Of a stretch of 64,000 bases of DNA, positions 1 through 10,800 are shown piece by piece (position 1 is the stretch's first letter; each line of letters begins with the position of its first letter). This DNA comes from Lepidodermella squamata. Lineage: Eukaryota; Animalia; Gastrotricha. The position numbers and the translations under genes were made by a program. A model generated the notes under the pieces. That model saw nothing but the letters and a program-made list of their open reading frames with translations. It searched no databases and was not told the origin of the DNA. The stretch lies in NCBI GenBank assembly GCA_047495785.1, contig JBLDXI010000056.1, forward strand, positions 434,001 to 498,000. Reading direction: 5' to 3'.

Positions 1-1
1 A

Positions 2-226
2 CACGAAGCCGCTGTGAAAGCCGGAGCTGCTCGTAGCTTGGATGACGACCCTAACACGCCCCGGCTAACTAATTTTTTCACTGATGGCTTGCATTTTGGC
101 AGAGTAGGCTCTGAACTGGTTGCTAGTGTCGTGTGGCCGCATGTTAACCGTATTACGAAAGACTTGCGTGTCCTTCTTCCCAACTGGCGAGACGTCGATA
201 CTAGCAAAATTCAATTTGATGACTGA
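2..226 (+). CDS. IAH1: 3' end of isoamyl acetate-hydrolysing esterase 1 homolog (SGNH hydrolase), 5'-truncated by the window
   Basis: Open frame from the window edge. SGNH block V 'FTDGLHF' followed by 'VWPHV...LRVLLPNWRDVD' matches the IAH1 C-terminus (DGLHL...LWP...LPLLLPYWRDV). Confidence 0.8.
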   Translation, partial: HEAAVKAGAARSLDDDPNTPRLTNFFTDGLHFGRVGSELVASVVWPHVNRITKDLRVLLPNWRDVDTSKIQFDD

Positions 227-338
227 AAAGCTGTTGACTAGTTATTGAAATACTTAGTAGTCTTGCTGTGATCTCGAGATGCTTAATCAATTGATTTATG
301 GTTGACAAATTCTTATGTCTTTTGTAGGAAGTTGAAAA

Positions 339-1493
339 ATGCCACTTTGGCGTATTTATGTCGAGAAAGCGCGTCAAGCTGCTCTTGGTATAACTGTAAC
401 CGTAGCCTTTACTTCAGGAGCATTGTACGTGTTCACCAATGCGACTTATTATGGACTAAGGAAGTTCAAGCGTCGGCATGTGTTGCGCAGTGATAAAAAT
501 GCTCCTTTAGAGTTGTCAGATCAAACCGAAACTATTGCCTGGCAAGCTATGGATGACGCTAATATTAGTGGCTACCAGCGCGGTAATTTACTGCTTTTCC
601 CCTCGAAACACGCGAGCAAAACCTTTAACAACGTTGCCGAACCAGTTCGAAGCGGTTCTTTATACCTGAGATCAGGCGCAGCTGTTGGTTTGCCTTTCTT
701 CTACAACTGGGAAAAGCCTGAAGATGTTAATCTTCAACTGATTGCAAAAACTTGGGGTTTACCTGTCGAAAACCTTAGCCCTGAGGATGTGAAAGAATTG
801 AAACATTGTTGTGTTTTGTCGTCTCAAGCTCGTCGTTATGCAGTAGCGAGGTCGTTATCTCTTGGTTACAACAACGAAGTTCTCTACGGAATCCTCCACT
901 TCGAATTTTTCCTCTTCACAACGCTCATGACCGCAACCTATATGTGGAACGCTCATTTACCAGCAATTTTCAACGCTGCCGGATTTTTCGTCAACGTTTC
1001 TCTGTGGAGAATGGTAACACTGTGGTACAGGCATCATATTTACAAAAATGCCGTCACATCTGCGACCTGTTTATCCGAAGTCACGGCTTCTGGAGCTGAT
1101 GAATTCTACGATAAAGCGATTCGCTTGAATAAACTGGCCGAGAAACTAAAGGGACAAAGTGTCCCTGGGTTAGATATTGTGCGCAAAGTCTGGTCTTACG
1201 TTTTCTCTATGCGGCCTGATGGAATGTCGCTAGAATCAGAAAGGACAGTTGCTTTAGAGGCGAAATCGAAGCTAACAACCGGGGAGTTGGTCTACAAGCC
1301 TTTGGCGAAAGGCTACAGTGGACGGAGAATGGCCATGCCACCAGTTCCGATTTTGCCAACGAGTGAGGCGGTCTCTGAGCCTGAAAAATTCCTGAAACGA
1401 AGCGGATTTGAAGGCGACATGGAACAGGAGTTGCTAGCCGGACCTCATTTTCGTCATCTGCATCAAAATGCGTCAACGCCTCAATCAAGCTAG
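339..1493 (+). CDS. TMEM177: Transmembrane protein 177 homolog (mitochondrial inner membrane), intronless, 384 aa
   Basis: Motifs EPVRSGSLYLRSGAAVGLP, VLSSQARRYAVAR and CLSEVTASGADEFYDKAIRLN are collinear with TMEM177 (QPVSAGFPRLPAGAVVGIP, TLSREAQKFALAR, SLSAAYACGGVEFYEKLLSGN). Hydrophobic segments are present. AATAAA at 1503-1508. Confidence 0.8.
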   Translation: MPLWRIYVEKARQAALGITVTVAFTSGALYVFTNATYYGLRKFKRRHVLRSDKNAPLELSDQTETIAWQAMDDANISGYQRGNLLLFPSKHASKTFNNVAEPVRSGSLYLRSGAAVGLPFFYNWEKPEDVNLQLIAKTWGLPVENLSPEDVKELKHCCVLSSQARRYAVARSLSLGYNNEVLYGILHFEFFLFTTLMTATYMWNAHLPAIFNAAGFFVNVSLWRMVTLWYRHHIYKNAVTSATCLSEVTASGADEFYDKAIRLNKLAEKLKGQSVPGLDIVRKVWSYVFSMRPDGMSLESERTVALEAKSKLTTGELVYKPLAKGYSGRRMAMPPVPILPTSEAVSEPEKFLKRSGFEGDMEQELLAGPHFRHLHQNASTPQSS

Positions 1494-1603
1494 TCGTGCC
1501 CAAATAAATGCTAGTTTTTCTATAAAAAAAAGCTCAGGGAAATAATCGCGAAGTTATTCGTAATGTAAAATTTATTTGCTTGATTTTAAATGTTTCGTTT
1601 AGA

Positions 1604-3575
1604 ATGGGAGTTGTTAATAATCTTATTTCGCCGGTTTTCGCCCATCGAATTGGTGCGAAACAAATTTTGGCTTTCGTGCTGGTTGAAGCCTTCCTGGTTA
1701 CGTTTATTATCAAGAAAATAAAATGTAAGATTTTCTTGTCGAGTTATCTCAGTAAGATATTGATTCAACAAAATACCGAATTTTTCTAGACACGGAAATC
1801 GATTGGATCGCCTATATCCAGGAAGTTGAAGGTTTTCTCAATGGATCTCGAAATTACACGGAACTCAAGGGTGACACTGGACCTCTCGTCTACCCAGCCG
1901 GTTTCGTCTACGCCTACTCAGCCCTTTACTACATTTACAAATGGAGCCAAGATTTGACGACTATGCAATTCATTTTCGGCGGTCTGTATCTTGCCAATCT
2001 CTACGTTGTGTTTCAAATTTACAAAAATGCCAAACAGGTATGTTGAAAAATTGATAAAAATCCCGGAGTTTTGCTGTTGATTTTGCAGACGCCATTTTAT
2101 GCGTTGTGTTTCATTACTTTCACTGCCTATCGAGTTCATTCGATTTACGTTCTGCGACTTTTCAACGACCCCGTGGCGATGTTTCTACTCTACATAGCCG
2201 TTGCGTTGTTTCAACAGCAAAAGTGGATGGTTGGTTGCGTGTTTTTCAGCTTGGCTGTCAGCATCAAAATGAACATTCTGCTGTTCGCGCCCGGCTTATT
2301 CGTCCTACTGCTGTATTTCAAAGGCTTTTCGAGCACGATTTACCACATTTTTGTTTGCGGATTCATCCAGGTAAATTTTATCTTATAATTTCGAGCGAAA
2401 TTCGATAAATGCGTTTCAGCTCATTTTGGGCCTGCCGTTTCTTCTCTACGACCCGATTGCTTACATAGCTGGATCTTTCAATTTGGGCCGAGTATTTTTC
2501 TACAAATGGACGGTCAATTGGCGCTTTGTACCTGAGGAAATTTTCCTGTCTCGCCCGTTTCATATTGCACTGTTTGGCCTTCATCTGCTCAGTTTAGCTC
2601 TTATTGCCTACTTGTGCTGGAAAAAGTAAGTCTAAAAGTATACAGAAACGAATAACAGCCGAGGGCAGCCGAATCAGAAGAATTAGAAGTTGAGCAGTAA
2701 ATATAGAGGAAGAACATCTCAATCGTCAACAGTTGCCTTGAAAGTTTGATCTCAGGATGATAAGACTTGAATTTCAAGCTTGTTCATCATGATCTGCTAG
2801 AAAAAATTGTTTGTCTTAAACTTTCGGAAATTGGTTACTTGAAGCCGAAGATACCAACCGAAACGTTCCCCGGTCTCCCGGTCTCCCGGTCTGCTCAGAT
2901 AGTTTTTTTTATAGCTGGATGAATTTTACGTGGAAAATGGGAAAATCTTCATTTAATTCAATACCTACCCATTTTATTTGGTTATTTAACTGGCTAGGGT
3001 CAGGTTAAAGTTCGAGGCTGGGTCTTAAAATTGGGGCACTGGTTGGAATAATATGGTATGGAATTAAATAATAAGTATTTGGTAATGAATTCACCATTAT
3101 ATTGGAACCTGGAAATGCTCTTCCATGTTTTACGGAATTATTGCAAGATCTATAGAAATGGTTGCGGGGACATTCTGACATTACAAATTGCGTTTACTTT
3201 AGGTTGCTCAGCAAGCCGGCGGCGAAACATTCGGCCGATGAAATATGCCGCATTGTTCCGTTCATTTTGTTCACATCCAACTTCTGCGGCATCGTATTCA
3301 GCCGATCGCTGCACTACCAGTTCTACGTGTGGTACTTCCACACGATTCCATTCCTGCTGTGGAGCACTCGCCTGCCAACTGCCGTCAGAATCGCAGCTAT
3401 TCTAGCGACTGAATACGCGTGGAATACTTACCCATCGACAAACGCGAGCAGTTTCACCCTGCTGGTTACTAATTTGCTAATTTTGCTAGCTCTGCTAACG
3501 ACTTCGGTCGAAAAAGTGTCGAAGAACCAGTTTTCATTGATTTCTCACCAAGGTGCTGACAAAAAATCCGACTAA
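1604..3575 (+). CDS. ALG3: Dol-P-Man:Man5GlcNAc2-PP-Dol alpha-1,3-mannosyltransferase; exons 1604-1724, 1790-2037, 2089-2370, 2420-2625, 3203-3575
   Basis: Hallmarks YTEIDWIAY, GDTGPLVYPAG, RVHSIYVLRLFND, SIKMNILL, FFYKWTVNWRF, SRSLHYQFYVWY and WNTYPST. C-terminal KKSD ER-retrieval motif. All introns are GT-AG and phase-consistent. Confidence 0.95.
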
Positions 3576-3652
3576 TTTAACTTTCTCTGGTTGTGGGATT
3601 GCAATAAAATTGCAGTTTTGTCATTTTGTTCTAGGCTTATTTAACTAAAATA

Positions 3653-4167
3653 ATGGATTTGGAAGGGGATCCGATTGGACCGACTGATGATAATTACTAT
3701 TCGCGGTTGCGCGATGCGTGTTACAAAGATTCGTAAGTGTGACCAAGGATAGTATCATTCAAAATTTGGTAACATTATTCTTCAGTTATGTTGAAGCTTT
3801 GACTCAAGCGCGAGACGAAACTCAATTTGCTAGCCACTATGCAGTTATAGAAAGGCTCTTTCCTCTAACTGTGAAAGCAGCGTTGTTGGTAAAATTATCC
3901 GAAAATTCGTCGACTGACTTGAAAAGTGCCGTCGAGTCGCATCGGGACTATGCGACTACCGCTGCGTTTGATTCGCTCCAACTGTCCGATGGCTATCGCA
4001 GCATTGGCGAGCTGAGCGACATGAAAACCCAGACGACGGCTGTTGTTGACAGTTTTGTCAGCGAATATCAACGTGGCTTGTCACAGGCGAGTAGCCAATT
4101 CGTTGAGCCGACACCGGTGCCAAAGTCAAAGGCTTTGCTTAGAGATCTACTAATAAATAATTGTTGA
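3653..4167 (+). CDS. Uncharacterised 153-aa protein; exons 3653-3732, 3786-4167
   Basis: ATG follows a ttttgttctag acceptor. A 53-nt gtaagt...ttcag intron joins two open frames in phase. AATAAA at 4206-4211. No family recognised. Confidence 0.65.
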
Positions 4168-4764
4168 TTGTTTGTTCATGCTAGTATGCAAAAGTGGTAT
4201 TTTTTAATAAAAATTGTTTCAGTTTCTAATTTTTATTCACAACATCCCCAAAACCTCTGATATGCGCCATTTATCAAATAATCGAATATTCAAAATGTGA
4301 TCCGCCACGGGTAAATGAAAAATAAATGAGTTAAAAGTTGAAAATTAACAGAAAACTGTGCAGAAAATTGTACTATTATTTATTTAGATGAACCATGTAA
4401 TTCCCGAGAATGTTTGAAAGCCGCTTTTCGGCGATTCAAAATTTTGAAATACTTTTTTAATTTGAAGCCGCATTTTTTAATTTTATGAATTCATCGACAT
4501 AATGAAAATGAAAAATTCCCAACGTTTTTGCAGTGGAAAATTGAAGCATCACAACAGCCTTAAGGTAAACAGGCAATAATCTGCCACGTACTTTATAGGT
4601 AGGTGCCGCCAAAAACCCTACCAGTACTTGTACGAATTTCGGGAAAAGGTCTCGAATTTTTCCACTTGAAGTTCTTTTTCAATGTCGATTTCGTAATGGC
4701 CCAAATTTATTCTCCATTTTTTGCTAGTTATTAAGTTTTCCCTGTTTCCTCACAATTCTAGGCC

Positions 4765-6629
4765 ATGTCTGATTTATTGAAATATTTTGGCTTGGAAAAC
4801 GGCTACGAATTGAAATGGGCCCACGCAGCTAATTCTAGATACCAGCTGAAAAAAGCAATCGAAGGTAATAAAGTACTTATACCATGAAACCCTCAATAAC
4901 TAACTGGTGTTTGTTTTAGATCCTTCGGTGCACATGATCGAAGTTGACGTATCATTGGCTCGAGACGGCGTTACGCCTATTTTAGCCCACCCGCCAGATA
5001 ATTCCAGCGATATAACACTGATGGAAGCCGCGGAAACTCTATGGGGCATCAGCCAGCCTAAAGAAAAGCGTCAAATCCTCCGAAAAGGTATTTGAATAGC
5101 TGTCACCAATGCCGTTGTTAAATTATTCGTGAAAACAGGTCTAAAATTGGACTTCAAATCGACTAACGCCGTTATCATCGGATCTACTCTCCTTGCACAT
5201 TACATGTGCCCGAAAGACGGAGATGCTGCGCTGTTGAACGTTTGGCCACCTTTGGTTCTAAACGCTGATATTTTAATTGGACCTGGTTAAAAATTTCAAA
5301 TTCAAATAGTTCACAATTGTTTCACATTTGAAATAGGTCCAGGCAAATCGGACTCGCCACCTGTAGACTGGAAGGATGTATTAGAGGCGAGTAAAAAGCT
5401 GCCATTTGCTAGCTGTTCGTTGGGCTGGACGACTTCGGCGGCTAATATAGTCCTATCTGCCGGGACGTTGAATAAAAAACGGCCGAATGACAGCGACGAG
5501 AAGCCTATCCATTACACGGATGAAATGATCAAAGAAATGGCGGCAATCGTCAAAGATTTCACTTGTGCGATTTCCATCGTGTTTCGGGCATGTTACATTG
5601 TTAATAGGAAGGAGGATGACAAATGGTTCGTTTCAATTTCACATCAAAATAATTCTATATTTTGAATTACCGAAATTAATCGGAAAAACCCGTTGGTGAC
5701 TGGTTCGAGAGTTTTCTGTAAGGAAGTTGATGAAACACTAAAGAAGCTTTGGGAATTCATGAAAAGAATTGTCATCAAACCAGGTTGCTAACCGGAAATT
5801 TTAACAATTTACCATCTGTTTTTTGGATGTTCTTCGAAATTTGACGTGCTTTCAGTAGCCTTCAGTGCTTGAATTTAAAAAGTATATTTGCGATGTATTT
5901 TTACTCCGCATTGATGATTGATTAATTGCACAAATAATGGTGTGGTATTCTGGTACGAATTCGGGTTTTTCTATAGTTTATTAGCTATTTTGTGATCTGT
6001 AAAATCTTCTGCGATCAATGCATTTTTTACCGCTTAGAAAATTGTGCCTTTTGAGAGGTTAGAGGCGAACCAACGGGTTTATTCTTCGTCCCGTTATCAC
6101 TAACCGTGATTTTCTGATTATTTTTTTAACTTTTAGGTGGAACGATGTGGTGTTGACGCAGTTTTTCGGCATGGACCCGCCTCCTGAGATCAAGCTGGAC
6201 GCTGACGGTGACGTAATTCGCTCCACGGAGGCTAAAAAGCCCAGCAAATGCTACTGCGCGATACGAAATCGGATCTCGTTCTTGCTATGGTCACATGGCC
6301 GTGACGACATAAACAGCGACAGCATTCAGCAATTCGTGTTACGGCAATCTGTCATCGAAAAACCGCCGAAAGACGACAAGAAAAAGGCGGCGGCGGAGGA
6401 GGAAGAAGTGCCTGATGTTGAGCCGCGGTGTTTGGTTTGCGGCTGCGATGTCAAGTCGCCTTGCGTGCTGCTGCTCGACTTGCATACGAAACACGCGGCT
6501 TTGCTGGACAACTGGGAAATCGCGCACTACATTAGCGAGCACGTCGGCAAGGACGCGACCATGCCGGCGCTGATCATGTCCCACGTTTCGGAGAAATTCC
6601 CTAATAACAAGCGTTTTCGTTACACTTGA
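4765..6629 (+). CDS. FAM151/menorin family protein (FAM151B-like); exons 4765-4864, 4920-5087, 5139-5285, 5337-5625, 6137-6629
   Basis: Motifs WAHAANS, HMIEVDV, PILAHPP, GLKLDFKS, LNADILIGP, SLGWTT and YTDEMIKEM occur in the FAM151 order. GT-AG introns are phase-consistent. Confidence 0.85.
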
Positions 6630-6719
6630 AATTTGTTGACAAATAAAGCTTTGTGATACTCTGTGATACCGTTGTTTGTTTGTTTTATCTGGGGACAGCA
6701 CATGATTGAAGGGTTGGCA

Positions 6720-6900
6720 ATTCTGAGCCGTTTCTAGGCTCGCTGCTTTAGATTCAAGCAAGATGAGCTGTTTTAAGTTGGAATCCCGGCCGAATTCTTG
6801 GTGGTTCGCTGACTTAAAGACTGACTTACGCCAAGTTGATGATGAGCGGGTATTGCCAAATATGTTACTAAATACCAACGTAAAGGTTCTCAGAAGCATC
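6720..6900 (-). mobile_element. Possible decayed hAT transposase C-terminal (dimerisation domain) fragment
   Basis: Frameshifted minus-strand peptides 'EPLRWYLVTYLAIPA' and 'SSTWRKSVFKSA...NLKQLILLESK' resemble the hAT motif YLAIPASS..SERVFS...LEQLIFLK. Heavily degenerate. Confidence 0.3.
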
Positions 6901-7810
6901 TTCCAGCTTGGTTGCATCAGCATTCCAGCATTAGCAGGCCCACTGCTCAACAATCCCAGTAAAGGCATCACCAGCCATCAGCCGTATGGTGTTCATAGGA
7001 TCGGTGGCGAAGTTTCCTGATTATTTTCAGATTTTCCGATTTTCTTAGATTCAACCAGGCACCGAGCGTGGTTATCGGCTCAGGAAGCTTATTTCGGCCC
7101 TCCGCCAAATTTAATAATTCCGAAGCCTAGTAAGCGGATTGAGAAAATGAGATGAGAAAATACCCAGAAATACATTTATCTGGAGGCTCGGTGCTTGTAT
7201 ATGAAACGAGTCGTAACTATTTTTCAGCTGACAGCAGAACGTTACAGAGAATATTTGATAGGTTAAGGAATACCTTAACGAATCTTTAGCCGTTTTCTCG
7301 ATTTTTAGGGATTCGGATGTCCGATCAGCTTTATGGTCCTCGGAAAAACCCGGTGGTAACTTCTGATCGGTTTTGGTTCATTGCGACATGTGGATGAAAG
7401 ATTTTACCGGATTATACGAATCATGGGTTTTTAATTTCTGGCCTGCCAGAAACTGGTCACTTTCCCATTATTGGGCGCTGTAGAACTCGGCGGGAGGTCT
7501 TGGAATTGAAAAAGTGATAATTTTTGGAACCATTCAAGATTGCTCAAGTAACTGGTGAGGAACTAAACAACCGTCAAGCTTACAAAACACCATTAAAATA
7601 CAAAAATAGTTTATTACTCTTGCTGATTCAGGAACATGAAGAATAAATTATTGCCAAAAAATGATAAACACTTTAAGTGCTCCAAAAATTTGCACATTTC
7701 AGAGGTATATAGCAACAAAAAATTGAGACCAATTACATACGATTGCATGGTTTTTCTAATATCAGGGGTTTAATATAAAATGGAGATATAAAAAATTGTT
7801 ATCCGCCGTC

Positions 7811-10800
7811 TCATCTGAACGCAGTGTTAGGCCGGCGGGATCCTTTGAAGCCCTTGCCGCCCGGCCTCATGCCTCTGCCATCGTTCATTTTTCGGTCCAA
7901 CAACCTGAAATACGAATAGACAAAAGCTGGCGATAGCGATATCTCAGTCGCCAGTTTCGACCGTTGTTCTCGCAAGTCCAAGGCAATAGCCATGCGCCGG
8001 TGCGCCTCCTCCGCCGCCGCCTCCCTCGTCAGCCGCTCCGCCTCGTCTTCGTCCTTGAAAATTTTAGCCAGGGCGTCGCGCATTTTCGTCAGTTCTTCGA
8101 CCTGGCTGCGCTCGGCGTCGACGCGGCCCTGGATCAGCTCTTGTTCGCGCAGTTGAAGCGCGGATATTTTCGTCTCGCTAACAGCTTCGTTCGCATGCAA
8201 AACGCTGTTTTCATTTTCGATTTGAGCACGCTGAAAAATGATGAGAACAACTGATTATATGGCCGACAAATCAAAGTACTTTTAGGGGCTAATCTACTTT
8301 GGTGGAACTGTTCTATATCAGGGTGTCTAAAAAATTAGAAGTAGGTATGATAAATTCTACTAGAAGGGTGCAGTTAATATTCATAGCTAGAATCTAGAAT
8401 CAAACGTAAACAAACCCAGTTTTGACTCTGCATTACAACAGTAATTTGTTAACCTCGCGCCTCGCGGATAAATTTCTCAGGAAATATTTTTTCATTTCTA
8501 AGTATAAATGTGAACAAATCGAGAAATATTCCGAGAGTACTGGAACAATTGTCGAAGCCTAGAGTCAGTGCCTCAAATTCTGATTCGATTTAAATCAATT
8601 TTTCTCGATGGTTAGGTTGAAAATAGTTTGCTAGAATGAAAAATTGCCCTCCTTTTCATTGATAAATAAACAAGAAACCTATATTTGATCAAACTAATTT
8701 TCGAGAATAAAGCTTTAGCACATCGAAACGTTTTGCCGCTTACCTGTTGGGACATTTGGTAGCGAACCTCGCCGAGTAGTAGCTCTTCCTCGACGAGTTC
8801 AAGCCGGCGAGCTTCTTCCTCCTCAATATCTAGCATCGCGTCGATTTCACGCTCTCGTTTTTCGAGCTCGATTCGCTTCTGCTCAGCGTACTCCATCGCC
8901 AAGTTGTCGAGTCGGATCAGTTCGTATTCACGCATGTCGTACTAGATAACACAAACAAATAGTAGATAAATCAGAAACATCCAATCCGATGATAGGAAAA
9001 GGCCAATAGGTATCTAGAAACTAATGTTTTCAAGGAAATCAATCTTCGCATGAATTTCAAAAATTTCGAAATTGCTTAGGACTAGAAAAAATATAGGTAT
9101 ATTGAAAACTGACATCGATCAGCATCATGGCTTCGTCGCGCTGATTTTCCAGCGCCAACTCGAGCTCATTCGGCTCGTCGGCGTCGGCCTGCGCGTTCGC
9201 CTTCAGCCGCCGCGCCTTGTTCTCGCGCTGCACGGCTCGTTGCGCTCGGTCTCGCTCCCGCTTCGCGTAATACCGTTCGGCCATTTCTCGCTCTTGCACC
9301 GATATGATGTCCAACTCGGTGCGGATGCTGCGCACGCGTTTCGCCGTGCCAACCGCCATCTTGCGCATCTCAACGCGCTCACGCCGTATTTCGGTGCGGA
9401 TCGAACGCAGGAGAGCAAGAAAATTGAAGCGGTCTTGTTCCTTATTCTGAAAAGACGTACAATTCAAGCATGTGTGTACTTCAAAAAAATTACGAATCAA
9501 TTATTTAAAATTATAAATTTGATAAATATTGATCGATGATTGATAAAATAAAAAGCTTTCCGTTTCGATACCTCGATTAAAACTTAAAAAAGCTTGAAAT
9601 TCTTAAGATTTTTGACGACTTATGAATTAAGTTCTAGATTTGTCTCGAAGCTTTGAAACGGAGCATCAAACCATTTTCAGCTTCGCAAAAACTTGCAGTT
9701 GTTATCGAATTTTTCATTTTACAAAATTTACTCACCATTAGTTGAAGGCGTGCATTTTCCGACATTTGCTCAAGGATTTCCATCTTCGGATCTTTGTGAT
9801 GGTGTCCCTTGCGATGGCGATGTTTTATCGGCGATGGCATTCGTGTCATCAATTTTGCCCTCAATTGCTCGATTTCCATAATGAGCCTAGCCGCAGTGGC
9901 CGTCCATACCCACCACCTTTCGTTCTCTTCATAAATCTCAACCTCGCCCTCTGAGCCGAGAAACTCCGACTCGGACGACGTTTCCTCGTCACTGTCGTCG
10001 AACTCATCCTCATCTTTATCCTCCTCCATCAACGTTTTATCATCGCGCATGTAAATGAACTCGCTGTTCGTGTCGTCATTGCCGCTCTCCGGTCCAGTTT
10101 CGTCACGCGACGGTGAACTCGCGCGAGACATTTCGCTATTCGTCGCAAAACTACCCGCCACGCTCGTCCGACTAATCGACGATTGTTTCCTCATTTTCTT
10201 CGGCCGCCTTTCGGATGACTTCACCAAAATCGGCGCTGGGACTGGTTCCGGTTCTGGAGCCACGATTTCCGGAGCCGCAGCTTGAGCCGCCGTTTCAGGG
10301 CTGGAACTTTTCGTCTCAACAGATGTCTTTTTCATGAGAGGAGGCGGGCGTAGTTTTTTCAACTGCGGGTTGCTCAAATCCAGCATTTTTCGAGACGACG
10401 GCGGCCTGGCGGCTCGATTTTCATCGTTACTAGGCGACTGGCTGCGAGCTAAGGGCGGCGATAGCATAGCACTGTCAGTTTTAGCGCCTTCAATCGGCTC
10501 GGCCGCATTCGTTAGTTGCGTTTTCATTTCAGCAACCTTATCAACTTCCGGGTCAATTTTAGAATTTTCCGACTCCTTATTATCGGTTTTAGACTTTGAA
10601 ATCGAAGGTCGATTTCTTGCTGAATTTTTGCCTGTCGGTTTTTTCAGTGAAATCAACGCTGAGCTTGACCGTTTTGCGGCTGATTGCGATTTCGTTGTTG
10701 CATCTGACGGCGCTTTAGTTGACACTGTCATGACGGTCGACATTCGAGATTGCGTGTCTGAGTGGTTCGAGCCGAAGTTTGGAGTAGCGGCGACAGCTGA

